This document shows positions 1 through 11,668 of a stretch of 64,000 bases of DNA, piece after piece. The position numbers and the translations under genes were made by a program. How positions within the stretch are numbered: position 1 is the stretch's first letter; every line of letters begins with the position of its first letter. The notes under the pieces are model-generated. The model was not told the DNA's origin and did no database searches. It worked only from the letters and a program-made list of their open reading frames with translations. The stretch covers positions 806,001 to 870,000 of the forward strand of contig OZ037843.1 in assembly GCA_964035575.1 (NCBI GenBank). The letters are read 5' to 3'. Source of the DNA: Rhynchopus sp. YZ270_cl-10. Taxonomy: Eukaryota.

Positions 1-1895
1 CTAACACATAGTTGAGAGAGAACGCAAGTTTGTAAACCATATTCGACGCGGATTTGAGGTGCTTCTGGAGGGCTGTGACAACGTTGGACAGAGCATGCGG
101 GAGACAGCTGAGAAATCGAATATTCCATTCAAACGCCAAATCTCTACTTGCACCTCCATCACCCCCCCCTCTGTCACTGCGCAGAAGGAACGGTGTCCCC
201 AAGCCGAGCTTTGTCAGTATAGTATCAATCTCGACCTTCAGGCTTGCCGCATCCCAGGTAGTACCTTTCTCCTTCAGAACGGGGGGTAAACAGTAGCTTT
301 TAGTACGATTCTGCACAATGTTCACCAGGGAGTGCAGCCCCTGGTTCGACTTGCCGCAGTCGTGGATCAACACAAATCGAAAATTACCCATGCCTCGCTT
401 TATCCCTTCCACGTGTGCACTGAAAATTTTTTCCCCGTACTGACGCCATCCCTCTTGTACGTCTACACCCTTTTCGGGAATGACGCACCCGGCAAGCATT
501 TGGGTGAAGCGAGTGACTGAACGGAAAGGGATGCCGAGCATAGCAGCTGCTTCTGTGGCCTGTAGAACAAAAGTGTCGCGTGTGTTATGCAGACATTTCA
601 TAACATCCTGATTCCGCGATCTGTTGTGCTTTTTCTTCTTCTTCGACTCGTTGTGCGAGGGTGTGTCACAGTGCTTTTTGACATCCCCTCTTGACGCTGT
701 GGTTGGAAAGCAAATGTTACATGAGCGACACACTAGGAGCAGCTGTGTCATCGCGTATTCCCTTCCCCTCGGCAACCTGTACCCCACGCAGTCCTTCCGC
801 ATCTGCAAGGAGAGCCCCCAACCCTCCATCTTGGCCCATGACTGCATGGCGTCAGAGAGTGTGATCAGGGGAAACGTCGCCATCACACCGTTGCTCTCTG
901 TCTCCAGGGAAGACACCAGATCTCTGACGGCGGACGTGCTCAGCGTCTGCTGTGTCTGCTGTTGTGTCGGCTGCTGTGTCTGCTGCTGTGTCTGCTGCTG
1001 TGTCTGCTGCTGTGTCTGTGTCGGCTGCTGTGTCTGAAAATGCAGCATTGTATGCAGCTGTGGCGGCAGGGGGAGTGTTGTAGCTGGCTGCATCATATCA
1101 TACTTGGCCATCTCTATTGAGAGAGCTTTGGCTTTGGGGATCTTTTTATTAGTTTGTTGTGAAACCGTATAAAGACCCCTGCTTATTGCCAGCTCTACAC
1201 ATTCGCTGTAACTCATTTTGGGGCGGTAGTAGCGGGCACTCAGCACCTCCCGTCGCGTCACCACAGCCGGATCTTCTTCTTCAGGCGTTTCATCAGTCGC
1301 TTCGGCAGGCGTTTCATCAGTCGCTTCGGCAGGAGTTTCGGCAGGAGTTTCGGCAGGAGGGTCGGCAGACGCGTCAGGAGTCTCACCAGGAGTCTCATCA
1401 GCGTCGATGACCGTGGGAGGGGGTGGGGCGGCGGCTGCAGGCGATGTAATGGGGGAAGCTGTCCTCCTCCTCGACCCCCCCCTCGCCCTGCTGGCCGACC
1501 TCCCGGAGCTGCACTCCCTTGAACGTTTGCGCTTGCGTTCATTAATGTTGGGAGAGCGGTTGAGACTCCACCCCTCCTGGAAAGCGGGTGACGGCGGGGA
1601 CCTGTCATTCGGGGGGGGGTTCCATTCTCCTCCTTGCCCACATGATGCATCTACACATGATATTTGAATGAGGAAGAAAAACAGGTATATGAATATGTCT
1701 TCCATGTTAAAGTCTTTTTACGTCAATACGGCCCTGCAGTAATGTGTTTTTGTAATGGGGGGGAGGGTGCGAATTCCAAAGTCAGACAAAAGGTAGGGGT
1801 GGGGGTGGGATTTTTTTTTTTTTGGACATTTTTATCGTGTACATGATTACGAATTAACCTCAAAAAACTACTTCTGCAAACCAACGACTAAGGTG
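1..1895 (-). mobile_element. Inverted copy of the 5' part of the hAT-like element at 2016-4200; runs off the window start
   Basis: Base 1 pairs with 3304; ORFs 54-296(+) and 3009-3251(-) translate identically. Inner ends GACTAAGGTGC (~1885-1895) and GCACCTTAGTC (2016-2026) are reverse complements. Indels lie between the arms at ~660-1860. Confidence 0.8.
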
Positions 1896-2703
1896 CTGAA
1901 ATTTACCCTCATATTTTTGTGATCAGCTTCGTTCCCGCACTTTAATGCAGTCCGTTAGTTTGCAGAAGTAGTGTTTTTCTCTCTCTCTTTATGTTTTTTT
2001 TTTTTTTTTTTTTTTGCACCTTAGTCCGTTGTTTGCAGAAGTAGTTTTTTGTGGTTAATATTCGTAATCAATATACACAATAGTCCAACAAAAAAAAACC
2101 CGCCCCAACCTGTCTGACTTTGGAATTCACACCCCCCATTACAAAAACAAAGTACTGCAGGGCCATATGAAGACATATTCATATACCTGTTCTTCCTCAT
2201 TGTCTCATGTGTAGATGCATCAGGTGCTGCTGAAACTCCTGCTGAAACTCCTGCTGAAACTCCTGCTGAAACTCCTGAAGATCCGGCTGTGGTGACGCGA
2301 CGGGAGCTGCTACTACCGCCCCAAAATGAGTTACAGCGAATGTGTAGAGCTGGCAATAAGCAGGGGTCTTTATACGGTTTCACAACAAACTAATAAAAAG
2401 ATCCCCAAAGCCAAAGCTCTCTCAATAGAGATGGCCAAGTATGATATGATGCAGCCAGCTACAACACTCCCCCTGACACAGCAGCCGCTGAGCACGTCCG
2501 CCGTCAGAATCTGGTGTCTTCCTTGGAGACAGAGAGCAACGGTGTGACGACGACGTTACCCCTGATCACACTCTCTGACGCCATGCAGTCATGGGCCAAG
2601 ATGGAGGGTTGGGGGCTCTCCTGTCAAAAAGCACTGTGACACACCCTCGCACAACGAGTCGAAGAAGAAGAGAACGCACAACAGATCGCGGAATCAGGAT
2701 GTT

Positions 2704-4170
2704 ATGAAATGTCTGCATAACACACGCAATACTTTTGTTCTACAGGCCACAGAAGCAGCTGCTATGCTCGGCATCCCTTTCCGTTCAGTCACTCGCTTCA
2801 CCCAAATGCTTGCCGGGTGCGTCATTCCCGAAAAGGGTGTAGACGTACAAGAGGGATGGCGTCAGTACGGGGAAAAAATTTTCAGTGCACACGTGGAAGG
2901 GATAAAGCGAGGCATGGGTAATTTTCGATTTGTGTTGATCCACGACTGCGGCAAGTCGAACCAGGGGCTGCACTCCCTGGTGAACATTGTGCAGAATCGT
3001 ACTAAAAGCTACTGTTTACCCCCCGTTCTGAAGGAGAAAGGTACTACCTGGGATGCGGCAAGCCTGAAGGTCGAGATTGATACTATACTGACAAAGCTCG
3101 GCTTGGGGACACCGTTCCTTCTGCGCAGTGACAGAGGGGGGGGTGATGGAGGTGCAAGTAGAGATTTGGCGTTTGAATGGAATATTCGATTTCTCAGCTG
3201 TCTCCCGCATGCTCTGTCCAACGTTGTCACAGCCCTCCAGAAGCACCTCAAATCCGCGTCGAATATGGTTTACAAACTTGCGTTCTCTCTCAACTATGTG
3301 TTAGCGACTTCCACACGTCAGTCGAGATGGCTAGCAGTTCAAGAAAAAACGCAGCATGATAGTTGAGCGGGCGGTGGCACAGCAAGGGGGATGTACAAAC
3401 AAATGTTTGGGGAACTTGTGCACTCCTCCCAGATCATTATCCTCAGCGCCGCCGAAACGTTAGAAGAACTCTTTTTGGCTTTAGATGTGATAGTTGAGCA
3501 GGCGGTGGCACAGCAAGGGGAACATGTACGCGTTTTATTTCGCATCTCCTCGTCTATGAGCACTTCTCGGAAAGGGTTAAAGCCCTTTTTGTTTTTACTG
3601 CGAGCGAAGTGAAGCAGTCGGGGACAAATGTGAAGGGCTCAGAAGGGCGAAGGCAACTTGTTCGCGTCGACCGTGTATGGTGACATGACGAACTTGTTGC
3701 AGGTCTACCGTGACATGGCTGCGGATGATTCTCTCGCGGAGGATGATTAGGATTAGCCGTCATCAAAGACGAACTCGTGCGCCTGTGGGAAGAAACGCCG
3801 GACGTGGGTAGGTATTTTTACCTTGCACTGCGAATGCTGACTCCTTGCGGCTGTTGCATCCTGACGAGATTGGGCAGAGGTGTCGGTCTCGTCTCCATGA
3901 AGGCCTCTGTACCTCTGTTTGACGAGGTGACAGACAGCATGTGGGAGGAGTATGTGGCAAGAGCATTGGCGTCCTCCCCGGATATCGCGACAGTTCTACC
4001 GACTGCACCCGAACAAGCAGTTCGCAGAGCTGGCACTGGATCTCCTGAGTGTTACCCCCGCATCTACTCAACCCGATAGCGCGATGAGTCGTGCGCTTCC
4101 TGCGAACCGTTGTACTCAAGAAAAAGTGTTTACCCTGAGCACGAATCAAGATGTGAATAGAGTCCGATGA
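2704..4170 (+). pseudogene. Disrupted hAT-like transposase
   Basis: Fragments in several frames carry hAT-type motifs: GIPF, LIHD (first Asp), LRSDRG (second Asp), CLPH (CxxH) and C-terminal FAELALDLLSVTPASTQPDSAMS. Stops and frameshifts follow 3366. Confidence 0.75.
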
Positions 4171-4576
4171 TCCGATGGTGTATGCTGCAGAAAATGACTG
4201 CTGAGAGCTGATCATCTCTCTCTTCCACCCCCCCCCCCCCCCCCACCCTCCCTCATCATTTCCCCCATTGAAACTCTCATCAACGAGTGGCATTTTATGA
4301 ACTCCGCACAACTGTATTAAGGTGCGGGAACGAAGCTGGCTGATCACAAAAATATGGCTGCCACATCGTGGGTTGCCGCTGAGGGTAAGTTTCTGCCGAA
4401 AATCAATTTCCACCTCTGTGTTTGGGCACATTTTTTCCCTACGAACCCCAAAGATCTCAAAGATCTTTCACGATTTTTCAGGATTTTACAAATTCTTCTC
4501 CCTTTTTTTTTTTTTTCCCCCAGGATTTTCAAAAGATCTTTGAGATCTTTTGAAATCCTAAAAAAAATAACTAATT

Positions 4577-6225
4577 ATTAGCGTGAAATAAAGTGCACTT
4601 TTTTTCACGCCCACGTAATTTTGGCTCACGAGTGAGAGTTTATTGCCCGAGCCGCAGGCGAGGGCAATAATAGAGCACGAGTGAGACAAAATACGTGGAA
4701 GTGAAAAAACGCACTTTATTTCAAACTAATACGTAGTTTTGTTTTACAAGTGAAAATGATATTTTTGCTGGGATCCTTCACAAACGAGACGTAAAATAGA
4801 GTGATTTTATGAACAAAATGTGGGTACCTGTAAGTGAGAGTGTGAATGAGAGTAGGGGAACATGTGAACATCAATCAAAAGCAGGGAAGGGGTTACTTTT
4901 TTTGATATATGCCTCCTATGACTGGTACTAATTACAAGATGTCACCACTCATCTCGCCTGTAGGGGGGGGGCAGGTGTATAGAGCATCACAGAAGGGGGG
5001 TTTTTTTTTTTGCACTCATGATCATGGTTTGTTCTGTTGCACATTGATGTTAATCTTGACTTCTTGTGGCGTCTGAGTTGGGGGACTGTTGTTCTGTGTC
5101 AACAGCTGTGACATCGCAACTTGACCGGCCTGTGTGACTTCGGTGTACCTTTGTGGCATTGCCTGACTGACCCACCCATAGTGGCGTTGCATCTGTACAA
5201 TAGATGCTCCTGCCTCAGCGGCTTGAGTCGCAGAAGACCTGCGGAAGCTGTGCCCAGTGTACGAACCGTCCAGCGCAAGCACCCTCGCGACTTCTGCAGG
5301 TATGCCGTACATTTTGTTGATGCCAAGAGGTTGCACACGAAAGGTCCCAGTAGTAGTTCTGTCAGCTGTCGTCTTAGTTCCAGTGATGAAGAAGCGACCC
5401 TCCTGTGAAACTGGTGAGCGCCGGTTCAGGTACTCCTCCACCACACAAAAGTAGATGCTGTCTCTTGGTACCACAAACCTCCCACGCTCCATGTCGGCCT
5501 TTTTCACCTTAGCACAGTGCTGGTACGTGAAGAGGTATCCCACTGGTGATTCCTGATAATTTGTCATCTCAAGCATCAGTGCTTCTGTGCATCTCATTCC
5601 CGACAGAAAACACACCGCGACGTAAGCCTTGCGGACACACCAGTAGCAGTCGCTCAACTCGCTCATCTTGAGAAACATCTCCACTTCTCCCTTCGAAAAC
5701 GTCTTGCTCTTCTTCGTCGATTCGTCACTTCCCCAGGTCTTCAGCAACAGCCCGATGCGGTGGTACTCCTTTAGTGAAAAGTCGAACTCCGTCTTGAACA
5801 TAAAGTTGAGCTTACAGTAGCACGACCATAATGAGCTGGCTTTGTAGCTGCGTTCTTCGCGCAGGTGTGTCAAGTAAGAGACCACATGTTCTTCTCTTGG
5901 CTGCTTCCGCCCCGTGATTTTATTGTGTTGTAAAAACTTATTCCACTCCGTTTTGTATGCAGTGCTTGACTTCAACCCTGCCAGAAGCTCGGTCTCATAC
6001 AGATCCTCCATAGCCTCCTTCTTCTTGGTCCTTGGCATGATTTGTAGGGTGGAGTGTGTGGTTTTGTGACTGACAGAAAACAGTGAAACTTTTTTTCACG
6101 CCAGTGAAACTTTTTTTCACGCCTCCAGCGAAATTACTAAGAGCAAGCGTGAAAAAAAGCTCACTTTATTTCACGCCCCGTTTGTGAAGGATCCCAGCAA
6201 AAAGTCATTTTCACATGTGATATAA
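4577..6225 (-). mobile_element. Crypton-like tyrosine-recombinase DNA element (hairpin-IR-gene-IR)
   Basis: ~150 bp imperfect hairpin 4577-4730 with GCC-GCA-GGC apex; ~60 bp inverted repeats 4744-4804 and 6161-6220 flank a single YR ORF; no RT or DDE gene inside. Confidence 0.8.
5022..6038 (-). CDS. Tyrosine recombinase (phage-integrase family), 338 aa, intact
   Basis: Catalytic motifs in order: SGMRCTE (Arg), AKVKK (Lys), YTGHSFRRSSAT (HxxR), HYGW (Trp), PQRY (Tyr); N-terminal core-binding-type helical region. Confidence 0.93.
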   Translation of the reverse strand: MPRTKKKEAMEDLYETELLAGLKSSTAYKTEWNKFLQHNKITGRKQPREEHVVSYLTHLREERSYKASSLWSCYCKLNFMFKTEFDFSLKEYHRIGLLLKTWGSDESTKKSKTFSKGEVEMFLKMSELSDCYWCVRKAYVAVCFLSGMRCTEALMLEMTNYQESPVGYLFTYQHCAKVKKADMERGRFVVPRDSIYFCVVEEYLNRRSPVSQEGRFFITGTKTTADRTTTGTFRVQPLGINKMYGIPAEVARVLALDGSYTGHSFRRSSATQAAEAGASIVQMQRHYGWVSQAMPQRYTEVTQAGQVAMSQLLTQNNSPPTQTPQEVKININVQQNKP

Positions 6226-7149
6226 AAAAAAAAAATCTTTTCTCTTTTTTTTTTTTTTTCAGGATTTTCAAAAGATCTCAAAGATCTTTTGAAATCCTGA
6301 AAAAAAAAGACAAAAATCCTGAAAATCTTTTTTTTTTTTTTTTCCTCTCGAAAAAAGACAAAAAAAGACAAAAGATCTTTCCTGACCCGTGAAAAAAGAT
6401 AAAAAAAAAAAAAAAAAGATAAAAAAGATTTTGAAAAACCCTAAAAATCCTGAAAAATCCCAGGAAATTTTTTAAAAGATCTCAAAGATCTTTGAGATCT
6501 TAGGAAAAAAAAAAAAAAAAAAAAAAAAAGATTTTTTTTTAAAAGAGGAGACGACGCTGGACAAAACTCCATATCGATTGAAAATATTATCTTAATCATT
6601 TCCACCCATTATATTGGTGTGCAATGCCAGCCACAAGCAGCTGAATGCTGTTAAACTTGTTGTCGTGACCCACCCCCTCGTGCTACTGAACCAAGAGGTC
6701 AAATGGCTGTTATCCTGGTCAAGGAGCAGACCGCCGAAACCAGGCCTTTTCTTTTTTGACCCGTTTGCTAACGAACATCAAAATATTTTGAAAAAAGATT
6801 CCATTTTAAACATTTTTCTTTTTCTTGTAGTGGGGCTTTCAAACAGGATTTAGTCGCTATCTCAACAAAGAAGTGCACCTACCTCTCAACTTACAAAGTA
6901 CTGCAATGAAATACAATACAAAACAAACAGAGTGGCAAAAACAAAAACAAACACAAACAAACTTTCACGCCCCCTTTCCACTGAACCAACCGCCAGAAGG
7001 CGGAGAAGAACGAGGATATTTGCGAGTCAGCTGAATGCTGTGCGATAACGAATACAACCCAAGGTGACCAAGCGATGAGAGGCTCAGGTTCATCTTATAA
7101 ACTATTCTTCTGTTGTTGACACAACTTGTTGTTTTCCTTATCAGAATGT

Positions 7150-7268
7150 AAACCACGAAAATGGATTGTAGGACTGCATGGTTGGGGGGGGGGGGTCCAC
7201 CACGGTACAGCCGGTCATTGTACCAAAGGTAGACTGTTCACGAGAGGGCTTTTGTATTTCAACTCTAC
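7150..7268 (+). repeat. Dispersed intergenic repeat with core CTGTTCACGAGAGGGCTTTTGTATTTCAAC
   Basis: Core (with small variants) starts at 7234, 23253, 35104, 46308, 50878 and 56718, all on the + strand. Confidence 0.8.
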
Positions 7269-7322
7269 TTTTTTTCCTTCCGTTCTGATTGTTGAGTATC
7301 TTTCCTTCGTTTAGTCGTTTTG

Positions 7323-7407
7323 CAGGCCTGGTGCTGACCAACCATTCAACCCACGATTTCCCAAAAAAAAACCCCCCCCCCCCCCCCAAAAGTTAGCGTC
7401 AGGCCTG
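7323..7407. mobile_element. Tiny hAT-like MITE (CAGGCCT termini)
   Basis: CAGGCCTGGTGCTGAC ... GTTAGCGTCAGGCCTG; flanks GTCGTTTTG / GTCATTTTG (9 bp, one mismatch); same TIR family as 55439-56354. Confidence 0.55.
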
Positions 7408-7580
7408 GTCATTTTGAATTACTAAAATCAGTATAACAACGGTGTCCCCCGCCGAGTCCCCCCATATTTCTATGTGTGGTAAACCATTTTTTTTGTGCTT
7501 TTCTGAACACTCCATTCCCCCGCTCCCGACCCTACACACATGCCCAGGCACCCTCTTCCCTTTCTGCACACCTCAGAACA

Positions 7581-10199
7581 ATGGTGTCCTGCGGGATCCA
7601 GTCGCTGACAATACTGCTGTGTGTGGTGCTGATTCTGTCGATAGGTGCGATTGTCGGTGGTTTCACTCTGTCAACATGGGACGACCTTCTGGAGAAGGCA
7701 CGTGACACAGGTGACGAGGGCTTCGGGATGTGTCTCAACAGTGGCACGGTGGACATCGAAACGGTCTCGGCACGCTACCTGCGCTCCGTTCTTGGCAGTG
7801 TGGAAACGGCAGTGAAGGAGTACCTGAGGGTGCCTGAACAGCTTGTAGTCTCGCTGGCCAACCTTGCGAAGGCACACCACCCAAACGTGAGCACGAGCCC
7901 TGCCTTTTCGACTTCAGTGTTGCGTCCTGCAATCATGTCTGCTTATAAGGCCGGGAAGATGGCTGGGGTCGACTATATCTCGCTAGAAACGTACCCGTGG
8001 TGCAGTGCACACCCCTTTCATTGGAAGAGGGGTGACGGGTTTGCAGGGTGGGGCTCGCGGATAGGGTTCAGGGACGTAAACGCTGCGAGCGGTGTCACGC
8101 CTGCGAACGGCAGCCTGGTGGTGATGGTGTACGAGCAAGTGGACCTTGCGACGCTGGCGCCAGGGAGGGGGGACTGGGCTATCTATACGGAAAGCGGCAA
8201 CGTGGGCCAAATCAAGTTCCCGAACGAGCCGTGCAACCACATGCCTGACTACAACAAGGGGGAGGTACGTGGGCTGTGCGTCTACCCCATGGCGATGAAG
8301 GAACCGTTGAAGTCGCGAAATGAGGAGCAACGTGGGAGGGTGCTGTACAACATAGAGGACAGCGCACCAGATCTCTACCCGGCGGAAACGCTTGTCTACG
8401 ATTCGCTGGTGATGCTGTGGGACTTCATGTCGTATGAGCTCACCTACACCTTCACCCACCCAGATATGTACACGATGCGCCCCAAGCAGGGCAAACGTGT
8501 GGGTTCTGTCAATGCCATCCTCACTTCGCACGGCATCGTCGATGCAGTGCGTGCACAGCTGCTCCCGAAGGACGCGTCGCTGTACATGGTGGAGTGGGTG
8601 CGTGCAACAGGTGAAGTGGGGGAACTTGTGGCGTACAACAGAGGACGGCAGCTGCAGTACGTGTGGCGCATGGGAGGTCTGGGTGTTGAGACTTTCATGG
8701 CAGCCAGCTTCAACATAACGAACCACTCGATGGAAGACGCGACGTCGCACATCCCCTCAGTGATTGCAGAGCACGGGCGGTTTGTGTTCACACACCCGCA
8801 GAACTACAAAGACCTTGTGGAGAAGACAGAGGACTCCTTCCTGAAGTGGTCTGACTCGAACGGCACGGAGTTCTGGACAATCACGTCGACAATTGAACAC
8901 AGAACGATTGCGTGGTACGCGAACCTTCTGGTACCAAGGGAGTCTGTGATGGATACGATTGATGCGTCGACGAATGCGATCCGTGCGAAGGTGGCATCAG
9001 ATCTGTCCTCTGCAGACGCACAGAAGGAGGATGCGGTGATTGTGATGGCGATTGTGACGGCTGTTGCGGTCATCGGACTTCTTGCCGTTGCTGTTGTGTT
9101 CACACGCTACATCACGTCACCTCTGCTGAAGCTTGGGAATGAGATGGCAAGTGTGGCTGTGATGGACCTGGAGGCTGTGGACACAAAACGTGCAGTGTCG
9201 CAGCTGAGTGAAGTGGGGATGATGCAGCGCAGCTTTGTTACCATGGTGGCGAACCTGGTGGAGTACCGGAACTACATGCCGCAGAGTGTGCTTGGCAACG
9301 AGAGTCAGGAGGAGGAACCACCCACAGAATCAGATGAGTCCACGTGGAAGTCCCAAACAAAGGGGGAGTCTGTTGCCTCATCACATTGCACGCCCAGCTC
9401 GGAGGTGGTGCAGCACCAGAAGGCACTGCTGCGTGTGGAAGGGATGAAGAAGAAGAAGGTGTCGCTGGCACACATGAACGTCTTGTCGTGGCACGCCTTC
9501 TGCAAGAAGCACAAGAACGCAGAGGTGCTCTCCACACACGGTGGTGTGATTGAGAGGATCCTGGCAGCAGTACATCACAACAAGGGCATGTGCGACACGT
9601 TTTCTGGCGACAAGATACTTGCCACCTTCAACGCCTTTGTTCCGAAGCCATCGCACAGTGTTGCCTGTGTGAAGGCTGCACACGAAGCAGCAACAGAACT
9701 TGGTGATGTGCACAAGATCTCGTATGGGTGCACGTCAGGCGAGGCACGTGTCGGGAACATGGGTTGCAACGGGATGAAGAAGGTGTCGATTCTTTCGCGG
9801 TCCATGCCGTGGGTGGTTGTGCTTGAGCGTTGGAACAAGAAGGAGAACCTGCCTGGTGTCATCGACCGCAACGTGTCACGTGAGGTGGAGGGACAGGTGG
9901 TGCTCCGTTGTGCAGGTGCTGTGTTGTATCAGAAGTTCCATGAGAAGGTGCAGACTGTGTTTGCTGTGAAGGGTCTGTGCAGCAGCAAAAACGAGGAGTG
10001 GATGTACCAGCTCGAGTCTGCCTCAAACAACCCGCACGCACTGTGGAACGAGGTCTTCGAGCACATCATCAAACAGGACTTTGAGAATGCGTCTTCTCTG
10101 CTGGACAGCGTCGCTCAAGACCAATGCACACCTTACGAAGAGCTTATGGGCTATGTGCGGGAGAAGGCTTATGCACCGTTCGTTGTGGTCATGCACTGA
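7581..10199 (+). CDS. Receptor-type class III cyclase-like protein (TM, extracellular domain, TM, HAMP, degenerate cyclase), copy 1
   Basis: N-terminal TM, second TM followed by HAMP-like YITSPLLKLGNEM...SEVGMMQRSF, cyclase-like TFSGDKILATFN and GEARVGNMG, EEWMYQL tail. ATG sits 4 nt after CCTCAG (possible splice acceptor). Confidence 0.85.
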   Translation: MVSCGIQSLTILLCVVLILSIGAIVGGFTLSTWDDLLEKARDTGDEGFGMCLNSGTVDIETVSARYLRSVLGSVETAVKEYLRVPEQLVVSLANLAKAHHPNVSTSPAFSTSVLRPAIMSAYKAGKMAGVDYISLETYPWCSAHPFHWKRGDGFAGWGSRIGFRDVNAASGVTPANGSLVVMVYEQVDLATLAPGRGDWAIYTESGNVGQIKFPNEPCNHMPDYNKGEVRGLCVYPMAMKEPLKSRNEEQRGRVLYNIEDSAPDLYPAETLVYDSLVMLWDFMSYELTYTFTHPDMYTMRPKQGKRVGSVNAILTSHGIVDAVRAQLLPKDASLYMVEWVRATGEVGELVAYNRGRQLQYVWRMGGLGVETFMAASFNITNHSMEDATSHIPSVIAEHGRFVFTHPQNYKDLVEKTEDSFLKWSDSNGTEFWTITSTIEHRTIAWYANLLVPRESVMDTIDASTNAIRAKVASDLSSADAQKEDAVIVMAIVTAVAVIGLLAVAVVFTRYITSPLLKLGNEMASVAVMDLEAVDTKRAVSQLSEVGMMQRSFVTMVANLVEYRNYMPQSVLGNESQEEEPPTESDESTWKSQTKGESVASSHCTPSSEVVQHQKALLRVEGMKKKKVSLAHMNVLSWHAFCKKHKNAEVLSTHGGVIERILAAVHHNKGMCDTFSGDKILATFNAFVPKPSHSVACVKAAHEAATELGDVHKISYGCTSGEARVGNMGCNGMKKVSILSRSMPWVVVLERWNKKENLPGVIDRNVSREVEGQVVLRCAGAVLYQKFHEKVQTVFAVKGLCSSKNEEWMYQLESASNNPHALWNEVFEHIIKQDFENASSLLDSVAQDQCTPYEELMGYVREKAYAPFVVVMH

Positions 10200-10799
10200 G
10201 GTAGCTTGTTATTGGTATCGCTCTTGACGCTCATGTTTGCATCTTTGAGCGAAACCATGTTTGTGTCGTGTATGTTATTTTCCGTGCAACGCGGGTGATG
10301 CAGGTGCAGGTGTCTTGCCACCCCTTTATCTTACGCTGTTTGTGCGAAGTGTCTTTACAGTCACTACTCTCAAGCACAAGCAATATTTGTTGAGGCAAGA
10401 CGGTACAGCGCAGGCACGTAGTGTATTCCGAAACTAGACAAAAAAGAAGGCCAACGTTCAGATCTTGTACAACAGTATTCCCCCCTATTTGGCTGCGTTC
10501 AACGAAAAACACTGTTATATTTGCTATCAAGATCAGTTGGCGGATGATATTGTCTAGTTTTGTTGTGTACGATGCTTCATGCAATGCCTGCAATGGTGCT
10601 TGTTTTTTAAAGCTGCGTGTGCACGAGAGAGGCACATTCATCTTTCAAGGATTCTTTGTTTTGTGTTTTCATCTTTTTTTTTTTTTTTTTTTGCAAAATC
10701 TCCGCTTATCTGACTTCCCCCCGCACAATTTTGTTGCGCTGTGCCTCGGGTTTTATTTGAGTCATACTTTTTCTAAACCCCGCTTTTCAACTTACCTTC

Positions 10800-11050
10800 C
10801 TTCACCCCCCCTGTAAGGGTAACCGTAGGTGAAGTAAGGTATAGTATTGAAATCGATGTGGGGGGGGAGTAAAGGGTCAATTTTACAAAACCAGATTTTG
10901 AGGAAAATTTTAGCCGAAAATGGGCCCCACGTATAAGCAACCGGGCTCATATTTCTCAAAATTTAAGTGGTCAAAAAATTGTCCAATTTTCGAGATTGAC
11001 CCCACCACTGCACGGGCGGAGCCCAAAAACGCAAATAAGGACCCTTTTTA
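10800..11050. repeat. Dispersed repeat, inverted homologue inside 61620-61970
   Basis: CCGGGCTCATATTT...GACCCCACCACTGCACGGGCGG...AAGGACCCTTT is the reverse complement of 61833-61960. Confidence 0.7.
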
Positions 11051-11668
11051 ATTTGTTCTCTTGAAATGTGTAATTTCAAGTTTTCTAGAAAAAAATAGCA
11101 ACTGATCCTACAAGGGTTTAAGGAAGGTGTGTGGAAAACAACAACAACAAAACAAGGAATTGCTAGGAAAAAAAGCGAGGTGTGCTGTGGGAAACTCTGC
11201 GCGATTTTTTTCTTTGCTGGGTGGTACTGATGCGCATGGTGTGATCGACGACAGTTAGTCGTGTGTGTTCCTTGCACACTCCTCCTCCGGCGACGATGAG
11301 TGGGAGGCTGTGGACGACAACGAGCTGGAACACGCCGACCATCCATCGAGCAAATGGTGCTGGACGAAGAGGGGTCTGAGGATGACAGCCCCCGTTCTTG
11401 AACGTTTCAAGTGCAGGCGTCCCAGTGGTTGTGGCAGCGTTTTCGCATACCTGCAGAAGAGCAGAGTGTAGATTATTTCTACAGGGCGGTGTTCAGGAGT
11501 GTGGGTCCCCCCATAACCACAGCACACCCCATTTTTTTTTCCGATAGCAATTACTTGTTTTTTTTTCAAAAAAAAAAAGGCAGCACCGGTCTCCTACCTT
11601 TTGCCCAAATTAAAAAATGCCCACACATCCCCAGATACTCTCTTCCCTTTTCTGTACACCTCAGAACA

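Larger units (their letters stand above)
4450..6510. repeat. AAGATCT-word repeat block (subterminal-type), split by the tyrosine-recombinase element
   Basis: AAAGATCT(C/T) and GGATTTTCAAAAGATCT words at 4450-4560 and 6230-6510; a related TAAGATCTTA block lies at 45110-45380. Confidence 0.6.
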
